DNA from: a virus
Taxonomy: Duplodnaviria > Caudoviricetes
IMG/VR virus record: IMGVR_UViG_3300042922_000627
Coordinates: 1-53,527 of that record
DNA: 53,527 bases
Strand: one strand, 5' to 3'
Part shown: positions 19,178 to 28,858 of the stretch, piece by piece
Position numbering within the stretch: position 1 is the stretch's first letter
Layout: the number at the start of each line of letters is the position of its first letter
The notes under the pieces: model-generated
Databases searched by the model: none
What the model saw: the letters and a program-made list of their open reading frames with translations, nothing else
Told to the model about the DNA's origin: nothing
Program-made: the position numbers and the translations under genes

Positions 19178-20425
19178 TTACTTATCCTCCTTGTTCTGAA
19201 TTTTTTTTGCATCTGCACGACCAGCCGCCATACGCTGTGCGGGTGTGAGAGGCTTATCCTCTTCGATAGTAACAGTAGCAGCCGATACATCGTTAGCGCC
19301 TGAGGCATTTGTGTCTTCCTGCATATTATCCAAGGTTACTTTTCCCTTCTTTGCAGCTTTTTGAGCTGCGCGGAAAGCAAGTTCCTGAGCATTGCAGGCT
19401 GTTTTCCCATACTTAGCTTCTTTTACGGTTTCATCATCGTATAAAGAAGATATTGTATCTATCTCCTCAATGCGCTTGCGTTCTGCTTCGACTGCTGATC
19501 CGTCATCTGTGGATACAGCGGCCTTTGCCTCGGTCATAAGCTGATTTGCCAACTCCGGATTTTCAGCACGGAGCTCTTCAAGATTTTTGGCCATGAGTTT
19601 TCCTCCTTCTTGACCACCGGTTGTAGCCGGTTGAGTTTTATTATTGTCATCCTCTTGCGAGGTTGCGACCGTTTTAATTCCGTCAGGTAACTTAGCGAAT
19701 GACGGCATGTGCATTGGCCGTCCATTTACCATGAGCAGGCGTCCGTCTGCACTTGCCGCAATCTCCGGCTTATCATATGCAGAAGCAAGCATTTCATCGG
19801 CAAAGCCTGCGTCGATGATTTCCTGACCCACAAAGGTAGCCGTCTTAGACATCATCGCGAGCAGTTCCTCTTCCGTCTTGCCCGTTCGTTCCTTATAGAT
19901 TTCCACCTGGGATTTGTCTGTCGGATCAAGCCAGGTTTCTGCTAAAGCTCTCAGCTCGTCCGCATTGTATCCACCAAAAAGAAATCCCCAGCACTTGTGG
20001 ATCATGAACTGGCTCGCTGGATTGACCTGGATGATATCGGCAGCGCAAGTAATGTGAGTACCGCCCGACATGGCAACGCCATCTATCCTCGCGGTCTTCT
20101 TTGCCGCAAGCTCTCGTAGTCGGTTATGGATGGTAACAGATACTTCCGAATCGCCGCCAATGCTGTCAATGCGCATGAGTAGGGTCTTGGCTCCTTCGAT
20201 GGCTTTCAAATCCTCAAGGAATTCATCAAGTATAATGAAGTTTCCCTGCTGAGGCTCACCGGTCCACCAGTCTATGGGCCTTGTCTTCACGATTTCCCCA
20301 TAAAACTGAATCTCGGCATCCAGACCGTCTGTCATCGTCATTGCGTAACAACTGCGCCGGATATTCACCGAAGGAGGTTTCAACAAACCTTTTCGTGCAA
20401 ATATCCCGTTAAAAAACTTAGGCAT
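19178..20425 (-). CDS. ClpP-type head maturation protease with C-terminal scaffold
   Basis: IDSIGGD, IDGVAMSGG, FMIH; scaffold MAKNLEELRAENPEL; start MPKFF at 20425. Confidence 0.9.
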   Translation of the reverse strand: MPKFFNGIFARKGLLKPPSVNIRRSCYAMTMTDGLDAEIQFYGEIVKTRPIDWWTGEPQQGNFIILDEFLEDLKAIEGAKTLLMRIDSIGGDSEVSVTIHNRLRELAAKKTARIDGVAMSGGTHITCAADIIQVNPASQFMIHKCWGFLFGGYNADELRALAETWLDPTDKSQVEIYKERTGKTEEELLAMMSKTATFVGQEIIDAGFADEMLASAYDKPEIAASADGRLLMVNGRPMHMPSFAKLPDGIKTVATSQEDDNNKTQPATTGGQEGGKLMAKNLEELRAENPELANQLMTEAKAAVSTDDGSAVEAERKRIEEIDTISSLYDDETVKEAKYGKTACNAQELAFRAAQKAAKKGKVTLDNMQEDTNASGANDVSAATVTIEEDKPLTPAQRMAAGRADAKKIQNKEDK

Positions 20426-22016
20426 TTGGTTCACTTCCTTTCGTATTTTCGTCACCGAGGACGGCCATATATTTACCGCCTCCGGCATCAAGTAATTTTT
20501 CATTCTCAAGCTTGAGCTGTTCGACATTAGCCTCCCAGTCGCCACCGCCCAGCTCGCGGGTAACATGTTCATGAGTTTTGAATCCACGGTCAACGTTCAT
20601 TATTGCTGCTTTAACTTCTTTACTTGGGTCGATCTGTCCTTGCACTGGCCCGATCCAGCGAGCACCGCACCATGCAGCCCGGATTCTCGGATCGTCAAAA
20701 AAACCTGGAGCCTTTATCCGCCCTCTGGCCACAGCCTCAGCAAGCCATACTTCATATACAGGTTGACAAAAATCGTCAACAAACCATTTCCGACGCATCT
20801 TGAATGCTTCCCACGCATCCATTAGTGCTGCTCTGGCCGCAGAATACGAGCTATTAAATTCTTTTATTAATACATCGTATGGTAGCTCCAAGGCAGCACC
20901 TATAATACGGCATATTGTTTTCACAAAGCTCTCGAAGCCTGTTGTAGGAATATTCGGATTACCGAACTTGATATCTTCTCCGTCTTCAAGGTGGGCGACT
21001 GTGCCAGGTCCCATTTCGTGCTCGTTTTCGCTGTGAGATACTTCGTCTGGCTGCTCACCAGGTATACCCACTACATCGCCGGATCCGGTTTCATTTATTG
21101 GTATATCCGTTGTATCCGTTTTTGTTGTTATCCATGCAGTAAAGAAAGACTGAACCAGTGCTGCCATAAGTTCGCTCTCAGTATATCTCCGCAGTTGCAA
21201 CAACGGTTCTATAACAGGGGCCAAATAAGTAACACCCCGGTACTGATCAGGCCGTTCACTGTCCATGACATGCAATATGTTTGGCAATCCTGTTTTTATT
21301 CCATATGCTTCGACACGAGTCCACCTCGGAGTCTCAACTACAAGCTGATTCGGATATGTATTCCGGATATGATAGGCTACAATCTTGCCGTTCTGGTCTA
21401 CTTCCACACCATCGTGGACAATATTCCCGTTATCCGGATTTTTTCCATCAGTGAATCGAGGGGAAGGTGTCACGGCTGTACCGTATTCCGTTGGTGTGCT
21501 TACCCGGTCTGCTTCGATAAGATGAATGCGTAACGAGTATGGATTTGTAGGCGTCGGGTCATACCTCTTGAAGAGAGGAAATACATCTCCACTCATGAGC
21601 CATGATTTCAATGCTAACTGCTGTAATCCCTCGAAGTTATTTACACCTGTTGCATCGCAATTTTCTTTCTTTTGAGCCCACAAAGTGAATTCCGCTTCCG
21701 TTAATCGCTGCCAAGCTTTAGCAGCTTCCTGAGACAGCCCCAACACATCACGGTTGATAGAGCTTTTCAAAGTGAGTCCAGTACCTACAACCTTTGTCCT
21801 GTTGGTATTTATTGCTGAAGTTGCAACAGGGGATGCCATGTATAACATTCTGCCACGTTGCCGGAGCGTATAGTTATTCCAGTCTATATCCTCAACCGGT
21901 GAGCCACTGACCGCATTAAATCCCTTGAGTGCCCGTCGTATTATACTTGCACCTGCTTCACTATATCCTTTTACCTGCGGCGTACCCATTCGTCGTACAT
22001 AACGTCTATTGCTCAA
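20418..22016 (-). CDS. Portal protein (lambda family)
   Basis: LRQRGRML, LIEADRV, ERPDQYRGV, NSSYSAARA, IDPSKEV; probable TTG start at 22016. Confidence 0.95.
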   Translation of the reverse strand: MSNRRYVRRMGTPQVKGYSEAGASIIRRALKGFNAVSGSPVEDIDWNNYTLRQRGRMLYMASPVATSAINTNRTKVVGTGLTLKSSINRDVLGLSQEAAKAWQRLTEAEFTLWAQKKENCDATGVNNFEGLQQLALKSWLMSGDVFPLFKRYDPTPTNPYSLRIHLIEADRVSTPTEYGTAVTPSPRFTDGKNPDNGNIVHDGVEVDQNGKIVAYHIRNTYPNQLVVETPRWTRVEAYGIKTGLPNILHVMDSERPDQYRGVTYLAPVIEPLLQLRRYTESELMAALVQSFFTAWITTKTDTTDIPINETGSGDVVGIPGEQPDEVSHSENEHEMGPGTVAHLEDGEDIKFGNPNIPTTGFESFVKTICRIIGAALELPYDVLIKEFNSSYSAARAALMDAWEAFKMRRKWFVDDFCQPVYEVWLAEAVARGRIKAPGFFDDPRIRAAWCGARWIGPVQGQIDPSKEVKAAIMNVDRGFKTHEHVTRELGGGDWEANVEQLKLENEKLLDAGGGKYMAVLGDENTKGSEPNA

Positions 22017-22073
22017 TGCTTTTTCGCCTCCTGTCATATAATTTAGCCGGGAGTCCGGACGGACATATACTTG

Positions 22074-22331
22074 TTACCAATCTCTCGGTAATATTCCGAA
22101 AGCCTTTCTCGGTTTTCTCCGTTGCAGCATTGCTGTAAGTTCATCTACCCTGCGCTCCGCTTCTGTAATTTCATTTTTTAATTTATCAATATCAAAACGG
22201 GTGAGCTCTCTGTCATCAATGGTATAACTTTTCACACCGCCATTCACCAAAGCAAGATATGCAGTTCTCAATTTTGTGAGAGCACTTTTCCAGAAGTCAA
22301 GTCTTGCCTGGATTTCAATTTTATCTACCAA
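22074..22331 (-). CDS. gpW-like head completion protein
   Basis: GVKSYTIDDRELTRFDI; between terminase and portal. Confidence 0.8.
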   Translation of the reverse strand: MVDKIEIQARLDFWKSALTKLRTAYLALVNGGVKSYTIDDRELTRFDIDKLKNEITEAERRVDELTAMLQRRKPRKAFGILPRDW

Positions 22332-22344
22332 TGTTTTCACCCCC

Positions 22345-24309
22345 TTACCAATCGTCATAGTATTTCTTCAGAGAATTACCACTTTTCTTTTTTCGTGGCT
22401 TTTGTACCTGGGCCGATGCTGCTTCATTGGATGATGTATTACCAGGTAAAACAGCAGCGACTTTAACGCGAATATCATTTTTCGCTACTTTAAGGCGTTT
22501 ATCTATTGCATCTAGATCCGGTGATAACGCCTTGAATGCAGCAAACGCATAGTTTCGGCAATCAAGAGCTTCGTTACGTTCGTGTCCGGGTATCTTCTCC
22601 CATACCCAGGGTTGTTTCTTCTCAGTATCGTAAACAAGCCGCTCCGATAGTAGCCCTTTAAAATAAGCATCACCGTAATCATCACGCTTGGGAAAGTGGC
22701 TGTACTTAGTTCCCTCAGTCTGCACTCGGAGATTATCCATGATAATCTGTTTTCCCGCATTAACGCCTATATCATATCGCCAGCATGTTCCGATAACCTT
22801 CTTAACTCCGTTTTTGGTTACTACAATTTTCTGCTTTCGTGGTGGCGCAGTGAATGGTGCATCGTGCTTATTGCTTCCGGCGATAGCAAAAACCTTTTTG
22901 CCGATGCGCTTATAGCATTGTTGCCGGACTTCTTGTGTAAAATGGCCGCCCTCATCAGCAAACGTCATTGACAATCTCAAGCCAGATCCGTCAGAAAAAC
23001 GAAAGACATGTTCCAAAACATCGTCCAATCGGGTCCAAGTTTCCGTATCGTCAGGGCGCCCCATTATAATGCCTTTCTTAATTCCCCAATTTTCTCCGAA
23101 ATGCCCAAAACCAACAACCTCATATTCGAGACGGTCATCCTGCGTATCTACGCCACAGGTCAAAACCAGGACACCTTCTGGGAGTTCGGCGCCTTCCGGA
23201 TATTCCTCTCGCCGTGCAAGTAGGCTGTCCTCGTCCTCCAGATCGCCACGATCCTCCCATAGTTCACCGAAGCGTGTGTTATAAACGACCTGTAGTTTCT
23301 TTGAGCTCCCTATTGCATTGAGATATAGTAATATGATTGATTCCCATGAGGCCCAAGGTGAAACAAAAGCATTGAGCCAGAAGGAACGCACACCGTTCTC
23401 ATATGCTGCTGGATTCTCTGCAATCCATTTTCCAGTCTGCCGCTTCATTTCCATTTCGGAAGATATACAGCCGCATCCGGGACATACATAGGAAACGTCT
23501 GTCACCTTGTATGTTTTTTTATTTGCTACGATGATTTCCTCATGCTTATATCTAATTGAAGAGAATGCTATGTTATGATACTCTCCACAATGAGGACATC
23601 GTGAACACCACCGTTCCATTGTTCCTTCGACAAAAGAAGATTCAATAGCACTGGCATTTTTTATTGTCGGGGTAGATACCTCAACAGCCTTTGCGTTGTA
23701 GAATGTTATCTGCCTCGCTCTGGCAAGCTCCCACGGGTCACCTTCTTTTCCTGCCGATGTTGCCCATCGGTCACGCTCGTCACCGAGTATATAGCGGATA
23801 GGTTTTGACGCCAGCGAGTGAGCTTCGGTCGAGCCGCACATTGTCAAAATGCCGCCCGGGTATGTCTTTTGCAATATGGTATTGGCACTGTCCCGGTTCT
23901 TTGGGTCAGCCACCTTTGTCTTGAGTGATTTACAATCCCTTATCATCGGAGCAATTCGGAGCTTAGAGTAATCCTTTGCATCAATGGTGGTCGGGTGGAT
24001 AAACAAAATGCTACCCGGATCTTCATCGATAATGTAACCGATAGTGTTGTTTAATACTTCCGATTTTCCGACCTGTGAAGCAGACGCTACAATTATGCGG
24101 TGCACTTTTGGGTCTGTAAAGGCGTCCATTGGTCCCTGGAGGTAGGGGGTTCTGCTTGTGCGCCATGGCCCAGGTTCAGCACTACTCTCTGGTGAAAGCC
24201 TACGCTTCCTATCAGACCACTCTGAAACAGTCAGGTCTTCAGGGGGTTTCATGCCGGCGATTGCTTTTGATATCGCTGCGTTCAGCCGAAGTTCATCACT
24301 TTTAATCAT
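22345..24309 (-). CDS. Terminase large subunit (GpA family)
   Basis: PGPWRTSRTPY, Walker A SQVGKS, VSTPT, CPHC, GVDTQDDR, RNEALDC; probable start MIKSD at 24309. Confidence 0.96.
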   Translation of the reverse strand: MIKSDELRLNAAISKAIAGMKPPEDLTVSEWSDRKRRLSPESSAEPGPWRTSRTPYLQGPMDAFTDPKVHRIIVASASQVGKSEVLNNTIGYIIDEDPGSILFIHPTTIDAKDYSKLRIAPMIRDCKSLKTKVADPKNRDSANTILQKTYPGGILTMCGSTEAHSLASKPIRYILGDERDRWATSAGKEGDPWELARARQITFYNAKAVEVSTPTIKNASAIESSFVEGTMERWCSRCPHCGEYHNIAFSSIRYKHEEIIVANKKTYKVTDVSYVCPGCGCISSEMEMKRQTGKWIAENPAAYENGVRSFWLNAFVSPWASWESIILLYLNAIGSSKKLQVVYNTRFGELWEDRGDLEDEDSLLARREEYPEGAELPEGVLVLTCGVDTQDDRLEYEVVGFGHFGENWGIKKGIIMGRPDDTETWTRLDDVLEHVFRFSDGSGLRLSMTFADEGGHFTQEVRQQCYKRIGKKVFAIAGSNKHDAPFTAPPRKQKIVVTKNGVKKVIGTCWRYDIGVNAGKQIIMDNLRVQTEGTKYSHFPKRDDYGDAYFKGLLSERLVYDTEKKQPWVWEKIPGHERNEALDCRNYAFAAFKALSPDLDAIDKRLKVAKNDIRVKVAAVLPGNTSSNEAASAQVQKPRKKKSGNSLKKYYDDW

Positions 24310-24844
24310 CGTCAGTATCCGACTTATTTCCAGTGTCCCAACTTCGCCGCTCACGAACGCGCTCATTATATTTCTTAGCGTCGTATTGATAATGCGAAAG
24401 TTCCCCCATGACCTTATGTATTTCCTTACGGATAAACTCAGCCGCCTCTGCAGGAGATGAAATAGCAGCGACATCCACCGCTAGCCTGCCCGGTAACGCC
24501 ATAAGCATACCTCGAATTGTATAAATCAAATCCTCGGTCATGGCCGCAACATCCTCTGAACGGTGCATTTTCCCCTGAAGTTCCTTAGCCTCAAGCACTG
24601 AAACAATTGCTTTAGCCTTTTTAATGCTGACGTCTGCGTCCAGCTTTTCTTTTTCGGCCGCGCTTAGCGCTTTTTCTTTCATGCGGTATTCTATATATTT
24701 TTGAACTGCGTCAGTGAGCAGATATTTGCCTTTGTCACTTTCGATGATTCCGTCTTGTGCGAGCTGCTGTATCCGTCTGCCTGTTACTCCCAAAACAGCA
24801 GCAAGCTCAGTGCCAGATACCTCGGTTTTTGTGGTTATGTCCAT
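24302..24844 (-). CDS. Terminase small subunit (Nu1-like)
   Basis: N-terminal wHTH ELAAVLGVTGRRIQQLAQDG; directly upstream of the large subunit. Confidence 0.9.
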   Translation of the reverse strand: MDITTKTEVSGTELAAVLGVTGRRIQQLAQDGIIESDKGKYLLTDAVQKYIEYRMKEKALSAAEKEKLDADVSIKKAKAIVSVLEAKELQGKMHRSEDVAAMTEDLIYTIRGMLMALPGRLAVDVAAISSPAEAAEFIRKEIHKVMGELSHYQYDAKKYNERVRERRSWDTGNKSDTDDD

Positions 24845-24906
24845 CGAATTCCTCCTTGTGCGTAACGAAATGGTCGAAAAAAAAATTTATTACATACACG
24901 AAATTT

Positions 24907-24953
24907 GGGGTCGACGAGCCCGCATGGTATGCCGACACCCCGTCACAGTACCT
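24907..24953 (-). other. Candidate cos (cosQ/cosN-like) packaging site
   Basis: AGGTACT-23 nt-GCGGGCTCGTCGACCCC upstream of the small terminase, resembling lambda GGGTCCT...GGGCGGCGACCT. Confidence 0.45.
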
Positions 24954-25086
24954 TTTTCTATCGGCAGTCATTTTATGATGCTGTTGCAACTCTCTGTAGT
25001 TTGATTATAGCTCTTTATAGGAGGTCGCCCAGGTACAGACACATCTTATAAGGTTTGTGCCTGCCCTGGACTGAGAGCATGAAGAA

Positions 25087-25611
25087 CTACAGCTTTGTTA
25101 TAAGTTCTGCCTTGCTATATGTCTTAACATCCTTTGTCATGAGTGAGAGGAAATCATCACGAGAGAATTCTGATAGCCTGAATACTTCCTCTGGTCTCAT
25201 ACCTAACTGCTTACCTATTTCATTTACTGATTTACCTTCAGTAAGTAAGCGTTGAACTATTGCTTTCATTGGGCCGAGTAGATGAGTACCACGTGCCCTG
25301 TTGTGTGTGACCGTACCATAAATATCACCAGCTGAATCTGTATGCTTCACTATGACAACGGGTACTTTACCACTAAGCTTTGTTATCAGTGGTTCTTCTC
25401 CTGACACCATCCACCGATGAAAGCCGTCGATGATGGTCATGTCCGGTCGTACCACTATAGGAAGCGTCCAACCGTTGGTGAGTATGGACTGTTTGAGCAG
25501 ATTCAAGTTCTCGCGTGTGACCTTGTTTGGGTTATAGTCATTAGCTTTAAGCCTACTCCTGTCTATCCATTGAAGCGAACCAAGTGGTGCAAATATATCT
25601 ACATCATGCAT
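25087..25611 (-). CDS. ParB/Srx-fold protein, IbrB-like
   Basis: LKANDYNPN, GWTLPIVV, IIDGFHRW, TVTHNRARGTH; start MHDVD overlaps upstream stop. Confidence 0.88.
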   Translation of the reverse strand: MHDVDIFAPLGSLQWIDRSRLKANDYNPNKVTRENLNLLKQSILTNGWTLPIVVRPDMTIIDGFHRWMVSGEEPLITKLSGKVPVVIVKHTDSAGDIYGTVTHNRARGTHLLGPMKAIVQRLLTEGKSVNEIGKQLGMRPEEVFRLSEFSRDDFLSLMTKDVKTYSKAELITKL

Positions 25612-26758
25612 TTGCTTCGCCTCCTTTCCGGAAGCGCTTGGCATATTCTGCATAAGAGCAGTATATATCCTGGTATATAGCGCGTAATGTTCTGAGCTTT
25701 GGATCACCGGCTATAAGTCCCTCATATATTTTGCGATAGTCACGTGGTCTTGCCATGCCATCCATCTCAATGAACAATTTACGGTAGCGTTTGGCCACAG
25801 CCACTTTATGCGGGGTATTGAAATACTCTTCAGGACGCTCAAACAGCATTTCCATGAGTAATGCCCGGTAGTCCTTTATGTCATCACCTTCAAGCTCTTT
25901 CCTCTTTCGGGAAGTGCGCCTGAACATTTCACTGTCCCAATACAATACAGCCAGGTATGCATTCGGCTCTCTGCGTATGACCTTCTCCATGAGTGTCGGT
26001 TCATATTCACCCATATGGACCAAGCTCGGTACCGTATCCACTGAAAAGAACTGTGACACTCGGAGCATATTCCGATTTGTTCCTGATTGGTACATATGCA
26101 GGTAAATGACCGGAATGTCGACCTTTTCATTTTTCAGATACAGCCAAACGTCAGATGTCTTCCAGTCATATATGGGATAAATCATATTTTTGTTGGTGAT
26201 ACCGCCTGCGCCCATATTAAGCGCTGACATATACTGTAAGCGCTGTACTGACTCGGAAGTCCTCACACCCGTTATCATGATTCCATCCATAGTGACTTTC
26301 GGTAGGAAAGTTTGATAACTGTCTACGCGTGGTCGTAGCTTCGGATGATTTAGCAGGGCGAATGGAGGCGGCCGCCTTATCCATATATCCTGCTTTTGTC
26401 TGTCCCAGCATATGAACGACTCATCGCTCGTAAGCTCATTCAGACAATTAAAATGTTTTACCTCAACACACCACCACTGGAATTTGGCGCCGGCGAGTAG
26501 GAATTTCTTTCTCCATACTTTGACGGTTTCTTCAATACAATCGAAGATTGCTTCCTCGTCTATAAAGAGGACTGTCAGGAGAGAGGCATCTATCTCTCCT
26601 GAGTGGATCAGCTTCAGAGTAAGGTCAGCCAGACACAAACTGTCTTTACCTCCGGAGAATGACATATACACCGGTACACCATTTGAAAATACATTTTTTA
26701 GCCTTTTCCTTGCAACGGTTACTACATCCATGTCGGATTGCACACGCTTTATAGCCAT
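25604..26758 (-). CDS. PP-loop PAPS-reductase-family protein, IbrA-like
   Basis: SFSGGKDS PP-loop, FIDEE, GVRTSESVQR, YPIYDW..DVW. Confidence 0.9.
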   Translation of the reverse strand: MAIKRVQSDMDVVTVARKRLKNVFSNGVPVYMSFSGGKDSLCLADLTLKLIHSGEIDASLLTVLFIDEEAIFDCIEETVKVWRKKFLLAGAKFQWWCVEVKHFNCLNELTSDESFICWDRQKQDIWIRRPPPFALLNHPKLRPRVDSYQTFLPKVTMDGIMITGVRTSESVQRLQYMSALNMGAGGITNKNMIYPIYDWKTSDVWLYLKNEKVDIPVIYLHMYQSGTNRNMLRVSQFFSVDTVPSLVHMGEYEPTLMEKVIRREPNAYLAVLYWDSEMFRRTSRKRKELEGDDIKDYRALLMEMLFERPEEYFNTPHKVAVAKRYRKLFIEMDGMARPRDYRKIYEGLIAGDPKLRTLRAIYQDIYCSYAEYAKRFRKGGEANA

Positions 26759-27342
26759 ATCCGCTCACCACATTTCTGGCAGAGGATATACTTGCGCTTC
26801 TCTTCCGCAGGTTCGGAAGGAGGGACATATTGCTCGGCGGTTTGCGCAGCTGCTTCCTCCTGAGCTTCGTATTTATCCCTGGTTTCCTTGATGTCGTTCT
26901 TGCGGCTCTCGTCAATAGTGCCGTATTCCTGCAGTGCTATTCCTGCCTCGTCTGCTTCCATGACGATGGATTTCAATAAATCCTCTTCAAAGCCTGGAAT
27001 ATCAAGGTCGTCTTTTAGCTCCAGGATAAAAGCATCGAACGTAGCCAGGTCATCGACACCCAAGTCGAATACTCTGTTGTCTGCCAACATCAACTTTTTC
27101 TTTCCCGATTCTGTCAGGCCAGATACAATATAGCAATCCGCTTCTGTTCTCCCCAGAGAACTGAGGGCTTCATACAAACCATTGCCGGCCAGTATCACAT
27201 TGTCCTCGTCGATGACGATGGGGCGGATCTGGTCGAACATTTCTATTGATCGTCTGAACTCATGGAGCTGTTTGTCAGTATGCAAACGCACATTACGCTC
27301 CGGCTTTTTGAGATCAGCCAGCTTTTTCTTGATTATCTTCAT
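26749..27342 (-). CDS. ParB N-terminal-domain protein with C-terminal Zn ribbon
   Basis: NVRLH...IRPIVIDEDNVILAGNG...LADNR; CQKCG. Confidence 0.85.
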   Translation of the reverse strand: MKIIKKKLADLKKPERNVRLHTDKQLHEFRRSIEMFDQIRPIVIDEDNVILAGNGLYEALSSLGRTEADCYIVSGLTESGKKKLMLADNRVFDLGVDDLATFDAFILELKDDLDIPGFEEDLLKSIVMEADEAGIALQEYGTIDESRKNDIKETRDKYEAQEEAAAQTAEQYVPPSEPAEEKRKYILCQKCGERIWL

Positions 27343-28715
27343 GCCCTCACCGCCTTTCGGGATGCGAGGACAGCCACTATGCCGCTCATGAGCACAGTGG
27401 TTAAACTTCCGATTGTCTTATACAGAGCAATATTGAATATATTGCCGTAAGCGAATATCGGCAAGCCTAAGCATAATGAAATCAAGACACCAATAAAAAC
27501 GCCCCGAGCAGATAACTTCTTGCCGAGTAATGTCATTACTGTTGGCAAGAGAGTCGATGCCCTGAGCGTACCATAAAACAAAAACAACCATGTTACTGTC
27601 AGGCCTGGTATATTGGAAATCGCTATTGCTACTACCAGCAGCATTAACATAGTAAGCTTTGACTTTTTTATGCTGCTACCAGTCTTGAGGTCCGACGTCA
27701 TGGATGCAGCTGCACATAGATTACTTGATACTGTGGATAGCAATCCAGATAGTATCATAAACAGGAATGGTATAAGAACCCACGCTGGGAAGATGGAAGA
27801 TATAAACTCGAAATTTACCATTCCCACATCAGAGGCTTTGAAGCCTGAGCCTGCTGCTATGAATCCCATCGCTCCCATTGCTATGGGTACGAGGGCAAAT
27901 ATTAACGCTCCAACAAAAAACGCCTTACCTATATGCTCCTTCCTGATTGAAAACACTCGTTGCCAAAAACATTGGTCTCCAAATGGTCCAGATGTCAGTC
28001 CTATCGCTGTAGGTAATCCGAAACCGAGGAATACCGCCAGCCCTGTTTGTGATGTCAACGAGGTCATGTTACCATTGATGGAGCCGAGTCCTTGAATTAG
28101 CGCAGACGCTCCACCATTCATTTTAAGCGCCCAAGGCACAAGTAATATACAACCACCTAAAATGATTATCATTTGCAAGGTGTCAGTTGCAACTGCCGCC
28201 TTAATGCCTGAAAACTGAGAGTATGAATAAGCAATCACAGCGAGCAGCATTGTCATAACCCAGAAGGGAAGTCCTGTTATTAGCGAAAGTATTTTACTCC
28301 CGGCCAGTAGTTGCACCGCTGTAGATAGAATAGCTAATGTCCCAAGCTGGAATGAATAAATGCCCTTCACTTTATTGCTTTGATATTTTTCTCCCATATA
28401 TCCGGATAGAGTAATACCCTGTGGAAATTCATTCCGGATCCGTTTTGCAAATGGGATAAATAACATAAGGCAAAGTACATTCGGTACCAGGAACCAGAAC
28501 ATTCCCGGTATACCATTTTGATATGCCTGCTGTCCTGAAACAAACAGTGCAGGTGCCCATACCCATGTTGCAGCAATACTCATGGCCGAAATCCCAAATG
28601 GAATTTTCCTGTCGGCTACATGGAACCTCTCAGCATTGGCCGTCCATTTAGTGAATATCACGGTCGTTGCTATCATAATAAAAGCATAAATAAATAATAC
28701 AAGAAAACCGTTCAT
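27339..28715 (-). CDS. Sodium:solute symporter (SSS) family membrane protein
   Basis: Many hydrophobic segments; SIAATWVWAPAL, YSQFSGIKAAVATD, DQCFWQRVFS, SGLLST. Confidence 0.88.
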   Translation of the reverse strand: MNGFLVLFIYAFIMIATTVIFTKWTANAERFHVADRKIPFGISAMSIAATWVWAPALFVSGQQAYQNGIPGMFWFLVPNVLCLMLFIPFAKRIRNEFPQGITLSGYMGEKYQSNKVKGIYSFQLGTLAILSTAVQLLAGSKILSLITGLPFWVMTMLLAVIAYSYSQFSGIKAAVATDTLQMIIILGGCILLVPWALKMNGGASALIQGLGSINGNMTSLTSQTGLAVFLGFGLPTAIGLTSGPFGDQCFWQRVFSIRKEHIGKAFFVGALIFALVPIAMGAMGFIAAGSGFKASDVGMVNFEFISSIFPAWVLIPFLFMILSGLLSTVSSNLCAAASMTSDLKTGSSIKKSKLTMLMLLVVAIAISNIPGLTVTWLFLFYGTLRASTLLPTVMTLLGKKLSARGVFIGVLISLCLGLPIFAYGNIFNIALYKTIGSLTTVLMSGIVAVLASRKAVRA

Positions 28716-28719
28716 GTAA

Positions 28720-28825
28720 AAAATCCTCCTTATTTTTTGTTTCCCGCTGCCGGCTGCTGGCGAACAGACACGACCCGGTACTGACTTTGCGTAAAGGAGA
28801 AACGCAGAGCCAAAATCCTCCTTTC
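28720..28825 (-). promoter_or_regulatory. Structured 5' leader of the symporter (duplicated SD, anti-SD hairpin loop, possible 27-aa uORF 28813-28730)
   Basis: AAGGAGGATTTT at 28823-28812 and 28731-28720; hairpin GCTCTGCGT-TTCTCCTTT-ACGCAAAGT between them. Confidence 0.6.
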
Positions 28826-28858
28826 AAATAAAATAGCGACTCCTTTTTAGAAGTCGCT
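28826..28858 (-). terminator. Terminator-like hairpin just downstream of the putative late promoter
   Basis: AGCGACTTCT-AAAA-AGGAGTCGCT followed by ATTTTATTT. Confidence 0.55.

Noticed and set aside
25022-25030. AGGTCGCCC as the cos site
   Set aside because: Short match to lambda cos with no cosQ-like element at a suitable distance; the 24907-24953 candidate fits better
19178-26758. Long N-terminal extensions of the protease, large terminase and IbrB-like ORFs given in the track
   Set aside because: They overlap upstream genes extensively; downstream starts have RBSs or stop-start coupling
25604-26758. Metabolic cysH (sulfate assimilation) or a complete Dnd/Ssp phosphorothioation system
   Set aside because: No other sulfur-pathway genes, desulfurase or DndD/SspC ATPase; the context is IbrA/IbrB-like next to terminase
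28740-28806. c-di-GMP-I riboswitch (ACGCAAAG...GGGTC...GCAGCCGG resemblance)
   Set aside because: No GNRA-capped stem or tetraloop receptor visible; kept only as an unassigned structured leader
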